From Candidatus Latescibacterota bacterium (GTDB lineage: Bacteria > Krumholzibacteriota > Krumholzibacteriia > WVZY01), in assembly GCA_963791045.1 (NCBI GenBank), contig CAWBQK010000011.1, positions 96,001-160,000 of the forward strand: DNA of 64,000 nucleotides, written 5' to 3'. Positions 20,371-31,220 of the stretch are shown here, one piece after another (the first letter of the stretch is position 1; each line of letters begins with the position of its first letter). Under the pieces are notes generated by a model, which made no database searches, was not told where the DNA came from, and saw only the letters and a program-made list of their open reading frames with translations. A program made the translations under genes and the position numbers.

Positions 20371-21663
20371 GTGGTTAAGGAGCAAAAGTTTGCCCCTCAT
20401 GACAAGCTCGTTGAGAGGGCCTATCTGGTTGGCGTAAGTCTGCCGGACAGCTCGATCACAAAGGAAAACGAGCATCTCGATGAGCTTGCCCAGTTGGCGA
20501 CGACCGCCGGCGCCGTGATTGTTGGTCGAACGGTTCAGGGGCGGACGCGGATCGACGGGGCGACTTTTATCGGAAGCGGCAAGGTCAAGGAGCTGAAGGA
20601 AGAGTGCGAAAAGCTCGAGGTCAATCTCGTCGTGCTCGACAGCGACCTCTCTCCTGCGCAGGCGAGAAACCTGGAAAAGACACTCGAGATCAATGTAATC
20701 GACCGGACCGAGCTCATCCTCGACATCTTCGCGCGGCACGCCAAGACCCAGCAATCCAAGACCCAGGTCGAACTCGCCCAGTTGAACTACGCGCTTCCCA
20801 GGTTGACGAAGCTTTGGGACCATCTCTCCCGCCAGCAGGGTGGTATAGGGACACGCGGCCCCGGTGAAACTCAGCTCGAAGTCGACCGCCGCCGTATCCA
20901 CGAACGGATCGCCCGCCTCAAGCGACAGCTGAGTAAATTTCAGCAGCGAAAAGACGTTCTGCGTCGGTCGCGTGACGGCATGCCCGTTGTCGCGATGGTC
21001 GGCTATACGAACACGGGCAAATCGACTCTGATGAATGCGATGACCGGCGCGGAGACGCTGGCCGAGAACCAGCTCTTCGCGACACTCGATACGCTCACAC
21101 GCAAAATCGAAAACAATAACAACACATCGATCCTTCTCGTCGACACGGTCGGATTTATCCGCAAACTCCCGCACCACCTGGTGGAGAGTTTCAAGGTAAC
21201 CCTCGGAGACATCGCTCGCGCGGATCTCTGGCTGCATATTGTCGACGCCTCGCACGCTGCTTTCACTGAACAAATGATCGTCACCGACCAGACCCTTCAA
21301 TCAATAAAAGACACCGAAGTCGATACGCTCTACGTGTTCAACAAAACCGACCAGGTGGATTCCGACACGCTTATCGGTCTCGAGCGAAGGTATCCGGATG
21401 CGGTGTTTATTTCGGCGAAGACAGGAGACGGGCTCTTCCTGCTCGAGAAGCGAATCCACGAGTTGCTTCTTGGAAAGAACATACGCGTCGAAGTGAAGGT
21501 TCCCGCGACCGACGGCAAAAAGATCGCGATGATAAAGAGTCTTTTGAAGAATTCAGAGGATGTCATCGAGAACGGCTACTATATTGTGGCTGGAACCATC
21601 GAGAGTAAAACGACCGCTGACCTCGAGCGCATCTCCGGCGTGCATGTCCGCTACTTGCTCTGA
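20371..21663 (+). CDS. hflX: Ribosome-splitting GTPase HflX
   Basis: 'GGIGTRGPGETQLEVDRR', GYTNTGKS, 'LFATLD', DTVGF, NKTD. Confidence 0.97.
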   Translation: MVKEQKFAPHDKLVERAYLVGVSLPDSSITKENEHLDELAQLATTAGAVIVGRTVQGRTRIDGATFIGSGKVKELKEECEKLEVNLVVLDSDLSPAQARNLEKTLEINVIDRTELILDIFARHAKTQQSKTQVELAQLNYALPRLTKLWDHLSRQQGGIGTRGPGETQLEVDRRRIHERIARLKRQLSKFQQRKDVLRRSRDGMPVVAMVGYTNTGKSTLMNAMTGAETLAENQLFATLDTLTRKIENNNNTSILLVDTVGFIRKLPHHLVESFKVTLGDIARADLWLHIVDASHAAFTEQMIVTDQTLQSIKDTEVDTLYVFNKTDQVDSDTLIGLERRYPDAVFISAKTGDGLFLLEKRIHELLLGKNIRVEVKVPATDGKKIAMIKSLLKNSEDVIENGYYIVAGTIESKTTADLERISGVHVRYLL

Positions 21664-22970
21664 CCCTGTTTGTCTTCTCCGGAACCACTTTCAACTTTTT
21701 TGTTGGCCGCCTCGTACTCGGCGACGAGGTCGATTCTCATCCCTATGATCTTGGGCGACGCGGAGAGCTGTTCGTAGTTCCGGTCGAGATGAACGATGAT
21801 GAACTGCGCCAGGAAAACAAAGAAGAGGGGCGCCAGGTAGGGGAGGAAGCGACGCCACTGTCGTTGGTATAAGAGGCGTGAGGCCAGGACCGTGCCCGAG
21901 GAGAGAATCATAATAAAACCGACGGACACAAGGTAGAGATAGCGGATGTTGAGCCAGTCATCGGGAAAGTCAAAAAAGCAAAATGGAAGAACCGTGATAT
22001 ACGTCCACGCGATAAAGAACCGAATAGTCCGGTTTCCAAAAACAAAACCAAAGACGCTGTAAGACAGAATACATAAAAACGTTATGAGACGGATTTCGGT
22101 AGCCATTCGATAGACGAACTGGACAATCGGTCCGGAACCGGAGACCAGTTCGGTGCCGTGGATGGGAAACACCATCCGTACGAGGTAGCTCCCAAAAATA
22201 CGGAAGATTCTGAAGCTCAAGAAAGCAAAGTCTTCCTGCCCGGAGAGATCGGGGACGAAGCTTAGCTTTGCCGCAAGCGCGGCGAAGGCGACGACCGCGA
22301 CGACAAGAAACGACCTGTTGAAAATCGGTTTTTTGGTCTCCGCGCGGAAGAAGAAATGAAAGGCGAGCATGCACCCAAGAATACTGAACGACGTCGCCTT
22401 GGTGAGCATGCTGAGGACAAAGAACGCGAGGGATCCCAAAAACCAGATCGAACGGATTCGCCCCCCTTTTTCCAGCTCGTTTTTGAAATACAACAGCAGC
22501 GTCATCAGCGTGAGATTGGTGATGAGAAGGTCCCCAATCCCGGAGACGACCATCACCGCCTTGCCGTAATTTCCCACAGCGCAGGCGAAGAGGATCGCGG
22601 AGAGCAAAGCGATCGCCTTGTCCCTTATCAGCGTAATCACAAGAAAATAAACAAGAAACGCATTAATCGAATGAATGAGAATGTTAAAAAGATAGTATTT
22701 TTTGGCGTGGAGCCCGAAGAGCTTGTATTCGACGTAGAAGACTAACTTCACAAGCGGCTGAAAGGGCTGAAAGGGCGCCGACTCGAAGAGGCTTTCCCAT
22801 GAATTGTCGACTTCGATCGATTCTTTGAGGAGAAGAAAATCGCCGGAATGCCAGAACGTATTATCGCGGACGAGCGAAAAGAAGGTGAGACTAATAATGA
22901 GCAGAAGCCCGAATAGGAGAATTTTGTTTCGCACAGAGTGAAGACCTCGGCCGATTCCCCCGGAAGACAT
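21651..22970 (-). CDS. Polytopic membrane protein, GT-C (PMT/TMTC-like)
   Basis: About 11 TMs, 'FQPLVKL..YKLFG..YYLFNILIHSINAFLVY', 'RYLYL'; real start taken at ATG 22970 because the ORF-track extension is antisense to the next gene. Confidence 0.7.
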   Translation of the reverse strand: MSSGGIGRGLHSVRNKILLFGLLLIISLTFFSLVRDNTFWHSGDFLLLKESIEVDNSWESLFESAPFQPFQPLVKLVFYVEYKLFGLHAKKYYLFNILIHSINAFLVYFLVITLIRDKAIALLSAILFACAVGNYGKAVMVVSGIGDLLITNLTLMTLLLYFKNELEKGGRIRSIWFLGSLAFFVLSMLTKATSFSILGCMLAFHFFFRAETKKPIFNRSFLVVAVVAFAALAAKLSFVPDLSGQEDFAFLSFRIFRIFGSYLVRMVFPIHGTELVSGSGPIVQFVYRMATEIRLITFLCILSYSVFGFVFGNRTIRFFIAWTYITVLPFCFFDFPDDWLNIRYLYLVSVGFIMILSSGTVLASRLLYQRQWRRFLPYLAPLFFVFLAQFIIVHLDRNYEQLSASPKIIGMRIDLVAEYEAANKKVESGSGEDKQGQSK

Positions 22971-23255
22971 GTTTAACCCCCGTTTCGTCAACGCTAAGCA
23001 AGTGATAGAAGAATTCGGCGTCCATGTCCAGAAAAATGTTAGACATCCAAAAGTCACGACAATCGTGAGCCACGAAGGCAGGTCGGGGCACGTTAATTGC
23101 AAAACAAGAGAATAGTTCTTGCAAGAATTTCGAGTTGAATGATATAAGAAGCGCGTCGGTTGTCCGCCGCATACCGGGCAACGGATATCGCCGTAAAAAC
23201 ACAGCTTGCGTGTCTCCATGGGTCCGAATGGCAATCTTCGAAAGGTGCTGTCACG

Positions 23256-24071
23256 GTGAGTAAGATTCGAATCGGTGTACCTCAACATCTGGCCGCACGG
23301 CCGCTCATCTTTGGCCTTGCCCAACACTCCGATGATAGTGTCACCCTCTCTTACGACGAGCCGGGGGCGTTGGCTCTGTCGCTCGAAAGAAGAGAAATCG
23401 ACGCGGCGTTGATCCCGAGTATCGAGTATTTGAGAGGTGTTGGCAGGTTCTCCGTCCCGGGACCGGCACTGGTGGCCACCGGGCCGACAAAAAACCTCCT
23501 TCTCATTTCGAACAAGCCTCTTGCGCGGGTTCGACGCGTCGCGGTGGATGATTTCAGCCGTACCCCGCTCGTCGCGCTCCGGGTCGTCCTGGACAAACTC
23601 TACGGGATCCTTCCCGATATCTGTGTCTTGAAGAGGAAGCCGCAGGCCTCCTGTGACTGGTGCGAGGAGTTCGACGCACTGCTTCTCACGGGCGACGAGG
23701 GTCTCCACTATTGCTCGCGCGAGTTGACCGCGGATGAAACCTGTCACGATATAGGAGAGCTGTGGAGGGCGCTGTATTCGAAGCCGCTCGTGCTGTCGCT
23801 GTGGGCGTACAATGACGAGCGTCTGGGAAAGCAGTTGGAAGCCATCCTGAATGCGTCGAAGAATTACGGCGTGACACACCTCTCAACGATTTCCAGAAAT
23901 CTGGCGGAGACGTCATCCTTCGACGGGGAGTCCCTTCGCCGGTACTTTGAGGCGGGATTTGGTTTTAATTTGGGTGTGGACGAGGAGGAAGCGCTTCTGT
24001 GTCTCCAGGACGCGGCGTGTGAGTATCAACTCCTGCAAAGCCGTCGCCTGGACAAAGTTCTGGTGGGGTAA
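23256..24071 (+). CDS. mqnA: MqnA (chorismate dehydratase)-family protein with divergent motifs
   Basis: 'RPLIFGL', 'EIDAALIPSIEY', 'VAVDDFSRT', 'LLTGDEGL', 'DIGELW..PLVLSLW' follow the MqnA layout. Confidence 0.7.
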   Translation: MSKIRIGVPQHLAARPLIFGLAQHSDDSVTLSYDEPGALALSLERREIDAALIPSIEYLRGVGRFSVPGPALVATGPTKNLLLISNKPLARVRRVAVDDFSRTPLVALRVVLDKLYGILPDICVLKRKPQASCDWCEEFDALLLTGDEGLHYCSRELTADETCHDIGELWRALYSKPLVLSLWAYNDERLGKQLEAILNASKNYGVTHLSTISRNLAETSSFDGESLRRYFEAGFGFNLGVDEEEALLCLQDAACEYQLLQSRRLDKVLVG

Positions 24072-24109
24072 TCGCCGCTTGTGTCGGCTACCCGCCGCTA
24101 CCGCTTTTT

Positions 24110-24135
24110 ACGCCGGCCTCGAGCCGGCGTTTTTC
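24110..24135 (+). terminator. Probable intrinsic terminator
   Basis: ACGCCGGC-CTCGA-GCCGGCGT followed by TTTT. Confidence 0.6.
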
Positions 24136-24269
24136 TTGTCCGAGGGCCCAGTCGTGTATAGATCGTATCCGCATGATTCAAACGGTTGTAATCGTGGCCC
24201 TTGTCGGTTTATTATTCCACGACACCGAGGTCCGGACTTCAGTTCAGTCGACTCAAGGGTAGCCGATAC

Positions 24270-25923
24270 ATGGTCAAAAAGAAACCGGTATCCAGAAAAC
24301 AGCCGCAGCAAGGCGTGCAGGCGGCGAGATCGACTTCGGCCGATCGTTCAATCACCATCCTGGCCGCCGCCCTCGTCGTCTTCATCATTTCATGCCTCCT
24401 CATGATGCCGTTTGTCCCCGAGGACTCTTATATCTCGTTCAGGTACGCCGAGCATTTCGCCGATGGCGAAGGATTGACCTTCAGCCGTGGTGAGACGGCC
24501 GTCGAGGGGTACAGTAACTTCCTGTGGCTCGTCGTGTGCGGGATCATCTACAAAATGGGTTTCCATTTGCCGACGGCAACGCCGTATGTCGGCATGATTC
24601 TCGGGATACTCAACCTCATCATGCTGTGGTTTCTCTTCAAGCGCCGCGAAATCCCGCCGCTCCAGATGATGCTTCCGCTTCTCGTCTTTGCCACGTCGGG
24701 CCCCTTTGTGATGTACGCCGTGTCGGGGATGGAGATGACGCTGTTCTCGCTTCTCCTCTTGTCGATGATATTTTGGGCCGAAGAATATATGGGCAAGACA
24801 TCGCTAACCGGGCTGGCGGGGTTGACGGTTGCGGGGCTTCTTTTGGCGTTGTGCCGGCCGGAGGGCGTGATTCTTCTGCCCATCGCAGCGGCGTTTATTT
24901 TCTGGAAATCACGTCACACCCCCGGGCAAAAAAAGGTATTCAACCATCTCATAATTGTCGGAGCGGTGTTCGCCATTTGTATGGTGGTGTATCACCTGTG
25001 GCGTTACAGCTATTTCAACGAGTGGCTTCCTCCTCCTCTTTTGTCAAAGGGTGGTGGCGGTCGCAGCGTTTTCTTCGCGTGGAAAAGAAACCTCGTAATT
25101 TTCTTTTATACAAAGGGACACACGTTCCCGCCCGGTCGGTTACTACTTCACCGTTCTCTCGATGTTTGCCGCGCTTGGTGTATGGCGGTCACGGGCGAAG
25201 GAAGCACTCCGGGATGCCGAACAACTTTCACTCGTCATCATCCTCGTTTTGATGATGGTGTACTCGGTCTTTATCGACTGGATGCCCGGCGGACGTTATC
25301 AGTCGGTTCTCGTCGGGTTGCTGCTCCTGCCCGCCGTCCACGTCCAGTGGGTGTTCCCCGACTTTTTACGCCGCGCCGAATCCCGGCGAAGTCTTTTTCG
25401 CTACTGGGCCGTGGCGGCGATCGTGCTTCTGTTGAGCTACTCGGTTTTTGCGAATCTCAAAGTAATCGGCAAAAAACTCGAAGTGGGCAACCAGGAGTGC
25501 TTGATCCCCCTGGGGCATTGGCTTCGTGACGTGATGCCGAGCGGGTCTCTTCTTGCGATGAGCGATGTGGGCGCGGTTCCGTACTATTCACGGCTCCGGA
25601 CTGTAGATATCCATGTGGAATCACTTACCGACCTCGAGATCGCCAAAAACGGTTTCTCGATCGACTACGTTCTCGCGCAACGCCCCGACGTCGTTGTGTT
25701 GTCCGCACGGAGCATCTACTCGGTCAAGATGGACCCCAATCACTACTCGCTCTACAAGCATCCGGGTTTTGGCGGGATGTTCCGTTTTGTGGGGACGGTG
25801 CGGTATATCTGGTATGAGGATCGGTGTTACTGGGTGTTTGTACGAAGAGACATGGCGTTGACAAAGAGCCAGATCGAAGCGTTTCCCCATGGGATAGGCA
25901 CCATGCGCAGGTTGGAGAGTTAG
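24270..25923 (+). CDS. GT-C-type membrane glycosyltransferase-like protein, frameshift near 25132
   Basis: 'PEDSYISFRYA..VEGYSNFLW', 'SGME', 'CRPEG'; continues in ORF 25162-25923 ('DWMPGGRY', 'SDVGAVPYYS'); colinear with the next gene. Confidence 0.8.
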
Positions 25924-25926
25924 TCC

Positions 25927-27570
25927 ATGATGACAACGGATGTTCAAACAAAAAATGTTAACGGCAATTCGATTGTTGGGTTCGCCGCGGTTATCGTTGC
26001 GGCCGTCGTCCTCTTTGTCGTCTGCGCCATGATTGTGATGCCGTTTGTTCCCGACGATTCATATGTCACTTTTCGATATGCCGAACGGCTTGTCCAGGGG
26101 AACGGGTTTGCCTACAACACCGGTGGAACACCGGTCGAGGGATACAGCAATTTTCTCTGGGTGATGGCTGCCGCCGCCGCCCACAAGAACGGAATGAATC
26201 TGCCGACGGCGATGCCGTGGATCGGTGTGCTGCTCGGGGCGTTGAACGTGCTTCTTCTTGCCGCGATATTTCGCCGCGGCGGTTTTGATTGGAAGCAGTC
26301 GGTCGTCCCGCTTCTTCTGTTTGCCAGCGCCGGCCCTCTCGTCACATGGGCGGGGAGCGGGCTGGAGACGCCGCTGTACTCGTTTATCCTCCTGTTGTCG
26401 ATCATGTGTTTTGACGGGGTGGCGACACGGGGAAGTATTTTCTGGTACATCGCGCTTGGTGTTGCCGGAATCCTCGCCGCACTTTGCCGGCCAGAAGGAG
26501 TCCTCGTTTTTCCCGCGCTCGTGTTGATGCTGGCCCTGGTGCGCGGGGGAAGCGGCGGTGGGGCCGTGTATTCGCTTCCGCGCCGAACGGGGATGACGAT
26601 ATCGGTTGCAGTTTTTCTTGTCGGGGTAATCGCATATACGGTGTGGCGCGTCGGTTATTTCGGCGAGTTGGTGCCTGCGTCTTTCGGCTCACGTTTCGGA
26701 GTCGATGGTTCGCTCCCCCGGGTGTGGCTCGTCAATTTCCTCGCATACTTCTATCTGCACGGCAACGACTTCATGCCCTCGGGACCCTACTACCTGGCGT
26801 TGTTCATCGCGGCGATTATTGGACTCACGGTGACTCGTTCCGATGTGAACCGGCGGCGAACCGAAATGGCGGCGTTGTACCTGGCCGCGGCCTATGCGGT
26901 TCTCTATTTCAACTTTATGGATCCCATGCCCGGCATGCGTTACCATGCGCCGCTAATCGGCCTGCTCTTTATTCCCGCCATACACGTCCAGGCCGGTATC
27001 GTGGAAATCCTGAAAAGAGAGGGGGGGCGCCGTCGGTGGATCAATTTTGCCGCCGGAGCTCTTGCCGTTCTCCTTATTGGTTTCTCATGGATCGCGAGTA
27101 TCAAAATGGGAACGACGCGTGTCGAAGAGGGAAACCAGGAATGTTCGGTGGCCCTCGGCGAATGGCTAAAAGAAGTAATGGAGCCCGACACGCGGCTTGC
27201 GATCAGTGACGTGGGCATCGTTCCCTATTACACGGAATTCAACACGCTCGACATTGCTTTGAGGCCGGTGACAAACAAGAGAGCCCCCGATGCCGCGGTG
27301 TCCGACAAGTGGTTCTTTGACTGGTCTCCGCGGATTGTCATCTTTATCTTTGACGGCATGTTCCGCGCGAATCCCGATCCGAAGTACCGCCGCTTGATAG
27401 AGTCACAACCGTTCCAGGATGGGTATCGTCTCTTTGCCGTTCTTCGTCATGACTGGTATAAAGATCGAAGTTACTGGATCTATATTCCGCAGGATCTGCC
27501 GCCGTTTGACAAATCCGCCATCGAAAGTATGCCGATGGGGATCGGTAGTGTCGGACGGATCAACAAATAG
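25927..27570 (+). CDS. GT-C-type membrane glycosyltransferase-like protein (tandem paralogue)
   Basis: 'PDDSYVTFRYA..VEGYSNFLW', 'SGLET', 'CRPEG', 'DPMPGMRY', 'SDVGIVPYY'. Confidence 0.82.
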   Translation: MMTTDVQTKNVNGNSIVGFAAVIVAAVVLFVVCAMIVMPFVPDDSYVTFRYAERLVQGNGFAYNTGGTPVEGYSNFLWVMAAAAAHKNGMNLPTAMPWIGVLLGALNVLLLAAIFRRGGFDWKQSVVPLLLFASAGPLVTWAGSGLETPLYSFILLLSIMCFDGVATRGSIFWYIALGVAGILAALCRPEGVLVFPALVLMLALVRGGSGGGAVYSLPRRTGMTISVAVFLVGVIAYTVWRVGYFGELVPASFGSRFGVDGSLPRVWLVNFLAYFYLHGNDFMPSGPYYLALFIAAIIGLTVTRSDVNRRRTEMAALYLAAAYAVLYFNFMDPMPGMRYHAPLIGLLFIPAIHVQAGIVEILKREGGRRRWINFAAGALAVLLIGFSWIASIKMGTTRVEEGNQECSVALGEWLKEVMEPDTRLAISDVGIVPYYTEFNTLDIALRPVTNKRAPDAAVSDKWFFDWSPRIVIFIFDGMFRANPDPKYRRLIESQPFQDGYRLFAVLRHDWYKDRSYWIYIPQDLPPFDKSAIESMPMGIGSVGRINK

Positions 27571-27574
27571 ACCG

Positions 27575-29791
27575 CTACACGCCTTTATCGGTTTGTGGGG
27601 TTTTTGAGTTGCGGGTCTCGATCAGGTCGTCGAGGTTGTCGGGGATGCGGATGATGAAGGTCGTGCCCTTTCCTTTTTCGCTCGTCACCTTTATATCGCC
27701 CCGGTGGGCCTTGATGATCTGATAGCATATCGAAAGTCCCAGCCCAGTTCCCACGCCGACGCCTTTGGTGGTGTAGCCTGGATCGAATATCCTGTTAATC
27801 TCCTCTTTCGAAACCCCCTTGCCGGTGTCTCTGATTTCGATGGTCACATTGCCGTCTTCGTGACGGGTCGTTATTGTTATTTCTCCGGTGCCTTCTATTG
27901 CCTGGCCCGCATTGACGAGAATGTTGACGTACACCTGGTTCAGCTGTCCCGGAAAGCACGAAATCGGTGGAACGTTTCCAAAATCCTTCGTGATCGTCAC
28001 GTGCCGTTTGAGTTGATGGTGGACCAGCATCAGTGTGTCTTCGATCCCCTCGTGGATGTCGACCTTCTTGATCTCGGCCTCGTCCAGTCTTGCAAAACTT
28101 CGAAGCCGTTTTACGATGTCTGTGACGCGTTCGGTTCCGGAGTTAATAACCGAATTGGCGTCCTCGATCACCTTGAGGGCGTTTGTCACATTTTTATCTT
28201 CAGTGGTTCCGTCGGGGCAATTGCCCATGATGGCTGTTTTTAGTTTTTCGATCGCCCGTGTCATGGTGTTGTGCATGCTGCTGATCGCGCCAACGGGGGT
28301 GTTGATTTCATGGGCGACGCCGGCGACGAGATTTCCCAGCGACGCCATCTTTTCCGACTGGATCAGCTGAGACTGGGTCTCTCGAAGTTCCCTGTTTGTC
28401 GCGGCGAGTTCGTCCATGACCTTCTGCCGTTTGTGCGCTTCCTCGAGCTCGATTTCTTTGAGGGCGTTATCCGCCTCGAGACGCATTCTTGTCTTTTCCT
28501 GTTCCAGGGATATGTCCGAAAGCTCGCGGATCTGGACGACCTGCCGTTCGAGTTTCTTTTTGTTGTGCGCATGGGTTCGGGCCAGGTACATCGACATGAA
28601 TAAGAGCATGACGAACAGTCCGTGGATATAGAGCTTTTCGGTTACGTTGGGAAGTATTCCGAACGCCATCGATATTTGAACTGTCGTCGCGAGAATAAAC
28701 GCGGAGCAACCGACGGCGATAATCCAGGAGGACGGCTTTTTCTCCGCGACGGCACACCCCAGCACCCTGATATTTTCCACAAAAACAACCAGACAGTAGA
28801 CAAAAACTTGTGTCATCGGGCCCTTCCAGGCCGGTATGGCGGTGGCGACAGCGAGGAGCGCCCAAAGCCAGAAGATCTTCGGGAGTTTGGGATAAAATAC
28901 CGAGTAGAGAAATCGAATTCCGAACAGCGCAACCAGGATGATGGCAAACTGCATGATCCTGATGTTGCGAACCATGTCCGAAATATCCGTGGACTTCGTT
29001 ATAAGAAGCGGGTAGAAGCAAATAATTCCGGCGAAAAAGGTAAAGATCGAATAATAGAGATTGTCTTTCGATTTTGGATAGAACACAAAGAGAAGCAAGT
29101 GCAGGAGGCTGAAAGCAAGGGCGAATGAGCCAAAGAAAACATGCGTTTTTGTCTCGGCGAGGATTTGTTTCTCGTGGGATGTGACCGCATCGATAGGGTC
29201 GCGAAGGGAGAGTCCTATTCCAATGCGATGGTGGCTGTCTCCGAAAAATTTTGAGCCAAAGTGATAAGAGAAGCGAATCGCGAGAACGTGGACGGCGCGT
29301 TCGTCAAACTGAATGGGCAGGATCGTTGAAATCGAGTGAGAGAGAAAAATCTTCTCGTCGCCACCCTCACCCATGACACGGCCGAGCGAATGTATCTTGC
29401 GGCCGTCGAGATAAATTTCCGAAGCCCCCCAGTGGGTTACCGACAGCGCCAGGGGGAAATTGTGAAGTTCGGGGTCGACGCGGAGGTGAAGCCGGAACCA
29501 GCCGTTTCCTTCAAAACCGGGGGGCAGTTCATCCGCGTAGAAATCGGGTTTGGCGACCGGCCATTTCGAATCATCGAACGAGGGGTCCGCCCATGCGATA
29601 TCGTCACCCGCCTGGAATTTCCACGGGCCGTCGAGTTTGACCCCGCCGTCGGCGTTCAGCCCGGCGCGCGAACACGCAACCACATTGTCCTCCGACGCAG
29701 CGGGCGATGCCGCCGAGAGCAGAGCTGCGATGACCAGAAAAACAGCGGCACTCAGGCCATGTCGATTCCAACGATTGTTATGTCGTCCCAT
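27575..29791 (-). CDS. Membrane sensor histidine kinase (7TM-DISM-like, NtrB-type core)
   Basis: Signal-like N-terminus, 'LDGPWKFQAGDD..WADPSFDDSKW' sugar-binding-type domain, 7 TMs, H-box VAHEINTP, N/G1/F/G2 boxes. Confidence 0.92.
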   Translation of the reverse strand: MGRHNNRWNRHGLSAAVFLVIAALLSAASPAASEDNVVACSRAGLNADGGVKLDGPWKFQAGDDIAWADPSFDDSKWPVAKPDFYADELPPGFEGNGWFRLHLRVDPELHNFPLALSVTHWGASEIYLDGRKIHSLGRVMGEGGDEKIFLSHSISTILPIQFDERAVHVLAIRFSYHFGSKFFGDSHHRIGIGLSLRDPIDAVTSHEKQILAETKTHVFFGSFALAFSLLHLLLFVFYPKSKDNLYYSIFTFFAGIICFYPLLITKSTDISDMVRNIRIMQFAIILVALFGIRFLYSVFYPKLPKIFWLWALLAVATAIPAWKGPMTQVFVYCLVVFVENIRVLGCAVAEKKPSSWIIAVGCSAFILATTVQISMAFGILPNVTEKLYIHGLFVMLLFMSMYLARTHAHNKKKLERQVVQIRELSDISLEQEKTRMRLEADNALKEIELEEAHKRQKVMDELAATNRELRETQSQLIQSEKMASLGNLVAGVAHEINTPVGAISSMHNTMTRAIEKLKTAIMGNCPDGTTEDKNVTNALKVIEDANSVINSGTERVTDIVKRLRSFARLDEAEIKKVDIHEGIEDTLMLVHHQLKRHVTITKDFGNVPPISCFPGQLNQVYVNILVNAGQAIEGTGEITITTRHEDGNVTIEIRDTGKGVSKEEINRIFDPGYTTKGVGVGTGLGLSICYQIIKAHRGDIKVTSEKGKGTTFIIRIPDNLDDLIETRNSKTPQTDKGV

Positions 29792-30966
29792 TTGTGATCC
29801 TTCTTGGCAAACGCCCGGCTCGAGTCGAGAAGCGCGACAAAAAGCTCGTCACCCTTTGAATCCTTGTGTTTTGTGAGAGTTTTTTCAAGCTCCGACGCGT
29901 CGAACTGCTCGCCGGACTCGTTTTCCACCTCGCTCAGGCCGTCGGTGTAGAGAAGCAGCGTGTCATGGGTGTCGAGTTTGATAGTCATTTCTTCGGCTAC
30001 CGGATAAAGGCTGTTGTCAACGATACCCAAAATGAAGCCCGAGGTTAAGATATGTTCGCCTTCGCGGCCGGCGCCTCTAAGCCGGTATGGATGGGGGTTA
30101 CCCGCGTTTACAAGCCGGCACTCGGATGACGAAGGATCGATTACGGCAACCAGCGCGGCGGCAAACGTATCGCGGGGGAGCCCCTCGAAGAGGATCCGGT
30201 TCATCCCGCGGACGATTTCCACCGGCTCGGCTTCGCCGTGCGCGAAGCTCGAAAACGCGAACTTTACGATCGCCGTACTGAGCGCCGCCTGAATCCCGTG
30301 TCCGGTGGCATCGGCGACGAGCACGCCGAGGCGATCCCCGGCAAGCGGGATGACGTCGTAGAAATCTCCCCCGATCTCGAGCGCGGGAATGTACCTGGCC
30401 GCCATGGAGATGCCGTTGATGTTTGGGAGCGTCTCGGGAAGCATACTGTGCTGGAGCAGGCGCGCCTGGCGAAGTTCCTCGTTAAGGATTCCCTCGCGTG
30501 TTTCCAATCGGGCGCGGTCGAGTAATACCTCGTCGAGTTCGTGAATGCGTTCGGCAAGTGTCTCTTCGAGTGTTTTTGCCCTTATCGCATTGTGTATCGC
30601 CAGAAGAATCTGGTCGTTGTCCCAGGGTTTCTCGATGTACTGAAACAGTCCGACTTCGTTTATCGCCCGGATCGCATTCTCTTTGTCCGCGTAACCCGTG
30701 AGCATGATACGTGGGACTTCGGGGCAAAGCTTTTTGACCTCCTGGAGGAACTGCAGGCCGTTCATTTCCGGCATCAGGAAGTCGGTAATGACAAGATCCA
30801 CCGGCGTGGAGTTGAGGAACTCGAGAGCGTCCCTGGGCGCCTGGGACTCGATGATCCGGTACTCGGTCTCGAGCGATAGAAACGCGTTGAGACTGCGGGT
30901 GACAACGGCGTCGTCGTCCACGATAAGGACGGTCGCCTGCTTTCGAGATTTGTCGTGGGAGGTCAT
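29752..30966 (-). CDS. Receiver + PP2C/SpoIIE phosphatase
   Basis: REC (VDDD, ITDFLMP, KPW); 'IGGDFYD', 'ADATGHG', 'YTDGLSE', 'DDITI'. Confidence 0.93.
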   Translation of the reverse strand: MTSHDKSRKQATVLIVDDDAVVTRSLNAFLSLETEYRIIESQAPRDALEFLNSTPVDLVITDFLMPEMNGLQFLQEVKKLCPEVPRIMLTGYADKENAIRAINEVGLFQYIEKPWDNDQILLAIHNAIRAKTLEETLAERIHELDEVLLDRARLETREGILNEELRQARLLQHSMLPETLPNINGISMAARYIPALEIGGDFYDVIPLAGDRLGVLVADATGHGIQAALSTAIVKFAFSSFAHGEAEPVEIVRGMNRILFEGLPRDTFAAALVAVIDPSSSECRLVNAGNPHPYRLRGAGREGEHILTSGFILGIVDNSLYPVAEEMTIKLDTHDTLLLYTDGLSEVENESGEQFDASELEKTLTKHKDSKGDELFVALLDSSRAFAKKDHKWDDITIVGIDMA

Positions 30967-31220
30967 GTGCTCGTATGGTTAAGATTTAAGAATTCGCCGG
31001 GCGCGGCATTTCAGCCGCAACTCGTTACTCTATCATAAGTTTTTCGCCCGTGGATGACAACTTCAAACCAGGGCGGCGACTCGGTCGGGACCACAAAAAC
31101 GGCCGAGTTTCGGGGGTGACAAGATCGGACAATTGTGAAAACATAATCAAGCAGTGGCGTACGCACCAGGGGAGGATGTGTCAACTCGGCAGAGAACGCT
31201 CGGCACGCTTCGATAATTCA

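Noticed and set aside
22971-23879. N-terminal 300 aa of the 742-aa minus-strand ORF
   Set aside because: Antisense shadow of the mqnA-like gene plus spacer; the membrane protein begins near 22970
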